Below are positions 58,632 through 64,000 of a stretch of DNA of 64,000 bases, in pieces; the stretch's first letter is position 1, and the number at the start of each line of letters is the position of its first letter. The stretch covers positions 2,624,001 through 2,688,000 of the forward strand of contig OY761611.1 in assembly GCA_963664875.1 (NCBI GenBank), written 5' to 3'. A model generated the notes under the pieces. It saw only the letters and a program-made list of their open reading frames with translations, was not told the DNA's origin and did not search any database. The DNA is from Candidatus Kapaibacterium sp. Lineage in GTDB: Bacteria > Bacteroidota > Ignavibacteria > Kapaibacteriales > UBA2268. The translations under genes were made by a program, and so were the position numbers.

Positions 58632-60929
58632 TTAGAATGCATGACCTATGCCAATATAAAATACAGGGGATTTGAATGCTTCCGAAAATGTGTATGTCAT
58701 GTAGTTGCTTGTGCCAACTTTAGGACCAAAAAACGGGAACGCTACGTCAGCACGCAGTGGCCCAATCGGCATGTCATATCGCAATCCAGCACCGATTGAG
58801 ACAGCCAATTTAGTAAAATAGTCGATAGGATTCAAACTTGTCTGCCTGTCCGGAGACTCTGCATACCAACCAAAAGCATTGCCAAAATCTATAAATCCTG
58901 TAAAGCCTATACTGCTTATCTGATCTGCCAACTGTGAACTCAAATTTGTTGGGCGATTAAAATGATAACGGAACTCTATGCTACCTTCGACTAGCGTAGA
59001 ACTTCCTACTATGTCAGAATCAAATTCGAACTGATCACTATTAAAATCTTCGGTGTTGCTTGCATTTTGTGTGTTTCTGTAAGAATAATGCAACTGGCGG
59101 GCAGGCCAGCCTCTAACGCTATTTGCTCCTCCCGCAAAAAACTGCCTGTCAAATGGGATAACAGAATTGTCATCTAATTGCATTATGTGACCGGCTTTAA
59201 ATTTTGTTGCTAATACAAGATTCTTGGCAAGGGAGAAAAAATGGAAATGTGCAAATTGGAATCTTGCATATCTTGCTATCCCTGATAAATCGGAGAGGGA
59301 CATAAATATATTCCATCCGTCAGTTGCTATAGAAGTAAAGTGTCCTTTTGTTGGATTTAAAGGATGATCTCGCTTGTCTCCCGAAAATGTGAGGCCCAGA
59401 ATATTGGAACTGAAAAAGTGATTATTGGTGTAATCTGCAAGTTGTTCGTAATACCTGAAAGAATATTCGGAGAACTTATTGTCTCTATTTGGGTCATTCA
59501 TTATTTCCCGCCACTGAGTAATGTCGATGGGATATTCCCTTGTAAGCCAGAAGTCGAGATAAACCCTGTCTATAAACAAAAATTTTCTGAGATTAGCTGT
59601 AAATCTGACAGGGAAGCTAAATGTTTCTAATTCAAAATCAGATTGAATATTCCTACGAATAAACTCCGGCCTTGATAGCAAAGAAACACGCACTCCTTCG
59701 AAGTTCCATAGTAATGGCTGCATAAACTCGAACGAGAGTCTGTATTCTTTCTCGGCTTTGCCGGTCTTGATATATTCGATTATGTCTTTAATTGCAAATT
59801 TGCCTGTGATACCTAATTTTTGAGCAGCTCCACCGAAGTTTTTGAATAGTACAGAACCATCAATACCTATTGAATAATAATCCTGCTCCTGGCTATTGAC
59901 TGCCTCGTTAAAGTAAGGCTCAATACCATACTCAAATTGATGCCCGTAATTGTTTAATATCCTGAAATTGATCGTCGAATCTGTGAACGCTGAAAATGTA
60001 GATGATGTATCAATATCCGGAATAAAAACTCCAAGGGACATGAGATTTATTTCGGAATTTTTTATTTTGTCTTTGCTGTACCAGTCACCTTCTTTGAAAT
60101 CAAGCATTTGCCGTTTTTGATAGAGAGAAACGGATCTCTGCCCATTAAGACTGTCCACAAAAGTAATACTACCAATTTTAACTCTCCTGCCCGGATTGAA
60201 ATATATATCTAAACTGTCGTCGCTGCTTCCAAATTTTGTCCTAACAAAATCTGCCGCAAATTCGGAATAAAAGTACCCGTTGTTTTGTAATAATCTGATG
60301 ATTCCATTGACCTCAGAAACTATTCTTGTTTCATTGAAGTATTCACCTTCTTCGATAACCCTAAAAGAATTTATCTTGCTTCTGATGTCATTGGGTAGAG
60401 TGTCCAAGCCATGGTATTGGTAGTAGGCGAGTTTTGCTCTTGTGCTGTCATTAATAACAAAAGTAAGTACATTTTTTTTTGCAGAAGAGTCAGGTTCAAA
60501 TGTATAATCAATCTGTGCCCAATGGTAGCCACTCATATTATACAGCTCTTTTAGTACAGTCTGAATATCAGTTTCCACCACGTTAGGACTAAAAAAGCTA
60601 AGCTCATCATTCATACTGTTCAGGCTTCGCTTTAGTTCTGATTTGATAGGTTCTGTTACAAACTCAGGGCTGCTCATTTTAGAAATATTGTCGTAATAGT
60701 ACCGAAGGAAGTTATGGGTAAAGCTTCTGTCGCTCTCTCTTGTTTTTATAATGCTTTTGAGCTCATCTTCGAGGAAAGCCTGAGTGCCTTGGAAGCGGAT
60801 TTCATGTATCTCGTAGCCATAGCCATGGTCTAAAGCAGGGAAAAGTCCTTTGTGAGTTTTCCTCTCTGCAGCAGACAAAGATATAGAGCATATAAGAAAT
60901 AAGAGAATCAATCTCACAGCTGGACTCAT
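58632..60929 (-). CDS. Omp85 family (BamA/TamA-like) outer membrane protein
   Basis: POTRA-like N-terminal region, FFAGGANSVRGW, GAGLRYDMPIGPLRAD, terminal IGHAF. Confidence 0.92.
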   Translation of the reverse strand: MSPAVRLILLFLICSISLSAAERKTHKGLFPALDHGYGYEIHEIRFQGTQAFLEDELKSIIKTRESDRSFTHNFLRYYYDNISKMSSPEFVTEPIKSELKRSLNSMNDELSFFSPNVVETDIQTVLKELYNMSGYHWAQIDYTFEPDSSAKKNVLTFVINDSTRAKLAYYQYHGLDTLPNDIRSKINSFRVIEEGEYFNETRIVSEVNGIIRLLQNNGYFYSEFAADFVRTKFGSSDDSLDIYFNPGRRVKIGSITFVDSLNGQRSVSLYQKRQMLDFKEGDWYSKDKIKNSEINLMSLGVFIPDIDTSSTFSAFTDSTINFRILNNYGHQFEYGIEPYFNEAVNSQEQDYYSIGIDGSVLFKNFGGAAQKLGITGKFAIKDIIEYIKTGKAEKEYRLSFEFMQPLLWNFEGVRVSLLSRPEFIRRNIQSDFELETFSFPVRFTANLRKFLFIDRVYLDFWLTREYPIDITQWREIMNDPNRDNKFSEYSFRYYEQLADYTNNHFFSSNILGLTFSGDKRDHPLNPTKGHFTSIATDGWNIFMSLSDLSGIARYARFQFAHFHFFSLAKNLVLATKFKAGHIMQLDDNSVIPFDRQFFAGGANSVRGWPARQLHYSYRNTQNASNTEDFNSDQFEFDSDIVGSSTLVEGSIEFRYHFNRPTNLSSQLADQISSIGFTGFIDFGNAFGWYAESPDRQTSLNPIDYFTKLAVSIGAGLRYDMPIGPLRADVAFPFFGPKVGTSNYMTYTFSEAFKSPVFYIGIGHAF

Positions 60930-61147
60930 AAATTACTTTTTCAATGCTTGACACAATCATAAGATACAAAAATCTACAAAAAAAGTGCCAAATCTAAGTA
61001 GGAAATTTGAAAAAAGTCGAGAGATTACTCCAACTCTCATAGTATTAAAAACTTTGGATGTTCATAATTAAAACACATACATAGTAATCCATTCTAAAAA
61101 AAAATGATTATATAGCTTCTATTGGCAAACCAAATTTTAGAAGACTG

Positions 61148-62518
61148 ATGGAATACTTTATTCTTTCGATATACTTTTTGATGCTTATTATTTTATCTTT
61201 TAGAGCTTATAAAAAAATTAAAGGCTCTGATGATTTTTATGCTGCCGGCAAAAATGTCGGTTACAAAGGTGTTTGGGGGAGTCTGCTTGCTACTATCCTT
61301 GGTGGTTCGGCTGTCATAGGCACTGTCAACTTCAGCACAGACCATGGTTGGGCTGCTGCTTGGTTTATGCTATGTGCTGCTTTAGGACTGTTGATGCTTA
61401 TACCGTTTGTACCTAAAGCCAGAAAGTTTGCCAATTTTACGATAACTGAGCTGATTGGAAATTTTTACGGGAATAACGCAAGACGTTTTGCCAATATTTT
61501 GATACCCATAGCATGGACTGGTGTAACAGCCGCTCAAATAATTGCTGCCGGAAAAATATTGAATGCTTATGCAGGTATAGATTATTTCTACTCAGCACTC
61601 GGAGCCGGCGTAGTTTTTATTGCTTATACTATGGCAGGTGGGCAAAAGTCCATTATAAAGACTGATGCTATGCAGGCTTTGCTTTTGATAGCATCTATCG
61701 GAGTAATTTTTGCATTCGTTCTAAATTCAGAAACAACACAATCTCAAAATATAGAAATACTTCAATTTCCATTTAACCAATCATTTTCAGTCTCTGATTT
61801 GATTATGATGCTCTTCACGTATTCCTCAACTTTTCTTGTCGGGCCTGATGTATATTCCAGGATTTTCTGTGCGGGCAGTGATAAAAGTGCTTCGAAGGCA
61901 TTATTGTTAACAGCTCTTGTTCTGATTCCGATAGCATTTGTACTTGCATATCTCGGCATAGAAGCTACAATGCTATTCCCTGCTGATTTGTTTAAATCCC
62001 AATCTGCTTTGGTTTTATTGGTAAAATCGCTATTACCTGCTTGGGCAGTTGGTATTGTCATTGTAGGATTGCTTGCGGCAGTGATGTCGTCAGCTGATTC
62101 TATATTGCTAACAGCAGCTTCTCTAATTACAGACTTGCGTGGCAAAAATCTAAAAGAGCGTAGCAGTATCAAGCATACCAGATTGTCAATCTTCGCAGTA
62201 GGTACCGTGAGTATTCTTATCTCTTTGTGGTATAGTAATGTTATAGGAATATTTTTGATAGCACTTGCAGTATTTTCAGGAGCATTTATAGTGCCGGTGT
62301 TGTTAGGTTTGATGGGTTACCGTTCGGGCAATAATAAGTTTGCAGTCGCAGGGATGTTCTGCGGGGCAGTTTTAGCACTTGCCGGAAAACTTCTGGCATT
62401 GTATGGTTATAATGGTATTGGGGATAATTTGGTGTTGAGCTCCTTTTTTGCTAATGGGCTAATCATCATTTTGCCAAGCCTTCTTAGGAGATTGCAACCC
62501 GCAATGAACAAAGGTTAA
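61148..62518 (+). CDS. Sodium:solute symporter family protein
   Basis: DDFYAAGK, YTMAGGQKSIIKTDAMQ, LAAVMSSADS; about 13 TM segments. Confidence 0.9.
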   Translation: MEYFILSIYFLMLIILSFRAYKKIKGSDDFYAAGKNVGYKGVWGSLLATILGGSAVIGTVNFSTDHGWAAAWFMLCAALGLLMLIPFVPKARKFANFTITELIGNFYGNNARRFANILIPIAWTGVTAAQIIAAGKILNAYAGIDYFYSALGAGVVFIAYTMAGGQKSIIKTDAMQALLLIASIGVIFAFVLNSETTQSQNIEILQFPFNQSFSVSDLIMMLFTYSSTFLVGPDVYSRIFCAGSDKSASKALLLTALVLIPIAFVLAYLGIEATMLFPADLFKSQSALVLLVKSLLPAWAVGIVIVGLLAAVMSSADSILLTAASLITDLRGKNLKERSSIKHTRLSIFAVGTVSILISLWYSNVIGIFLIALAVFSGAFIVPVLLGLMGYRSGNNKFAVAGMFCGAVLALAGKLLALYGYNGIGDNLVLSSFFANGLIIILPSLLRRLQPAMNKG

Positions 62519-62604
62519 AATGTTTGTCTTGCCAAACCCATCTCGGAACATTGCCGTGTATTGAGCCTATGTCTGTTTCCTAACCTAACTTCGGAAGAGC
62601 AGTA

Positions 62605-62985
62605 TCAGTATTTGCTTTTATTCCTTGTATAGATATATTTATACCAGTAAAACGGGAAATAAAAGACGTTTAGCAATAGAAGCATAGCAGCTCGTTTATG
62701 CCGTGTTGTCAGTAAAAATTCCTCGAGCGAGTAATTGTGATTGACATATATTATAATCAACACAGGTAGTAGCGCCAGGTTTATCATAAATATCAAGATT
62801 GCCAGCTTCAAATTAGTAGCAGCAAACTCACTAATCCCCGACGCACCGAAAATATTGATAACAACATAAAACAAGGCAAACACAAACAGTTCCCCTGAAA
62901 CTGCAAAAAGAATATAATCTTTAACTTTTTGTGGAATCGGTTTTGCAGAGTTAGCTTTTCTTTTCTTCTTGAATATCGGAATCAT
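62605..62985 (-). CDS. Hypothetical membrane protein
   Basis: Three hydrophobic segments; FPFYWYKYI C-terminus; overlaps the upstream gene. Confidence 0.6.
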   Translation of the reverse strand: MIPIFKKKRKANSAKPIPQKVKDYILFAVSGELFVFALFYVVINIFGASGISEFAATNLKLAILIFMINLALLPVLIIIYVNHNYSLEEFLLTTRHKRAAMLLLLNVFYFPFYWYKYIYTRNKSKY

Positions 62986-63484
62986 GGTCTCTTATTTCTA
63001 TTTTTTGTTCAAATACTTCTAATAATTTATCTGTGTTTTCTTTGCTTACACGGTAAGCAATTGGCTCGGTTTCGTCAGTAACCAACAAAGTAAATTTGAA
63101 AGTGGAATCATCTTCTTCTATTACTTCGTAGTTGCTTATCGTCTTCCAAGGAATAACATGCCATGAACCACCGAAGATTCCTTTTTCTCCTACAAGTAGA
63201 GGTCCTAATTGCTTAATAAGCATCGCTATAAAGAAAAACATCGAGCTTTTCAGGAGGTTGTTTAGCAAAGCCTCTGTGGTGTCAGCAAATACAAAAAACT
63301 TAACAAGACCATAAACTGAAAATACCACACCCACAAGCAGAACAGTCGAAAAAAGCCATTTGAACTTTTTGTCTGCCGGTTGTATTGCGAACAGCAAGCT
63401 ACCGAGGTGCTTTTTGATTGCAGATATTCGATATAAATATATACCCAAAAAACCAAGGTTGAAAATAATTAGAGAATACTTCAT
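62951..63484 (-). CDS. Hypothetical membrane protein with PH-like C-terminal domain (DUF5673-like)
   Basis: Three TM segments followed by VGEKGI...IPWKTISNY. Confidence 0.65.
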   Translation of the reverse strand: MKYSLIIFNLGFLGIYLYRISAIKKHLGSLLFAIQPADKKFKWLFSTVLLVGVVFSVYGLVKFFVFADTTEALLNNLLKSSMFFFIAMLIKQLGPLLVGEKGIFGGSWHVIPWKTISNYEVIEEDDSTFKFTLLVTDETEPIAYRVSKENTDKLLEVFEQKIEIRDHDSDIQEEKKS

Positions 63485-63601
63485 AGATTGATGTCCAAAA
63501 AAAGCAATTGTTACTTTGTACTATCGGGATAAAATAATATACTAAAAATCTCGTTTGCAAAGACAGTTTGGTTTGACAATAAATATCGGAGAGTTTTTAA
63601 A

Positions 63602-64000
63602 ATGATTAAACAAGTAATGCAAGATGCAATCAATAAACAAATTGCTAAAGAGATGTATTCTTCAAATCTTTATTTGGCAATTGCTGCATATTTCCATTCT
63701 ATCAATCTTAATGGTTTTGCACACTGGATGAGATTGCAGGCACAGGAAGAAATGACTCATGCCCTTAAGTTTTTTGATTACTTGCTTGATAGAGGTGGTC
63801 ATGTTGAAATAGGTTCATTGGAAGCACCTCCTTCCGAATGGGATTCTCCTCTTGCAGGATTTGAAGCATCTTATCTACATGAGCAATCAATCACAGAATC
63901 TATCAATAAATTAGCTGATTTGGCTGCGAAAGAAGGCGATCATGCAACTACAATTCTGTTGCAATGGTTCATCACAGAGCAGGTTGAAGAAGAAGCCACA
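63602..64000 (+). CDS. ftnA: Non-heme ferritin, 3'-truncated by the window edge
   Basis: Translated by hand: MIKQVMQDAINKQIAKEMYSSNLYL...QAQEEMTHALKFFDYLLDRGG...HEQSITESI...LQWFITEQVEEEA; ferroxidase residues present. Confidence 0.95.
   Translation, partial: MIKQVMQDAINKQIAKEMYSSNLYLAIAAYFHSINLNGFAHWMRLQAQEEMTHALKFFDYLLDRGGHVEIGSLEAPPSEWDSPLAGFEASYLHEQSITESINKLADLAAKEGDHATTILLQWFITEQVEEEAT

Noticed and set aside
1-64000. CRISPR arrays, tRNA/rRNA genes, transposases, prophage genes
   Set aside because: No regularly spaced repeats, cloverleaf or rRNA signatures, and no DDE, HUH or integrase motifs were seen.

Overview
AT-rich bacterial chromosomal window from the FCB group. The gene content (type IX secretion [T9SS] cargo proteins, DUF2795, Bacteroidota/Chlorobiota-type L33, monomeric Icd, TAnnTT(T)G promoter elements) suggests an Ignavibacteria/Kapabacteria-like organism; this is an inference. 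Most of it is housekeeping or envelope genes: murA, sppA, an S9 peptidase, marC, fcl-gmd, a rhomboid, a trans-sulfuration lyase, a probable serine palmitoyltransferase, a PorE-like OmpA protein, two TPR histidine kinases, rfbA, rpmG, nadABC, an MsbA-like ABC transporter, a TPP-riboswitch-controlled TonB receptor, icd, a BamA/TamA protein, an SSS symporter and ferritin. Four accessory loci stand out. (1) A tandem array of three secreted BNR/Asp-box paralogs (6.9-14.4 kb) has near-identical ends, divergent cores and a non-canonical T9SS-CTD-like tail that is repeated four times in one gene; a fourth paralog nearby has a canonical CTD. (2) A T9SS cargo gene is bracketed by REP-like repeats and preceded by an orphan copy of its own 3' end. 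(3) A carotenoid glycoside-ester operon (crtI, IspB-like prenyltransferase, crtB, acyltransferase, GT2, cruF) ends in a degenerate DegT-like gene. (4) A three-gene module encodes a small Cys-containing secreted protein, a propeller lipoprotein and a CxxC protein. No rRNA, tRNA, CRISPR array or transposase was seen. All calls come from reading motifs by eye; no searches were run.
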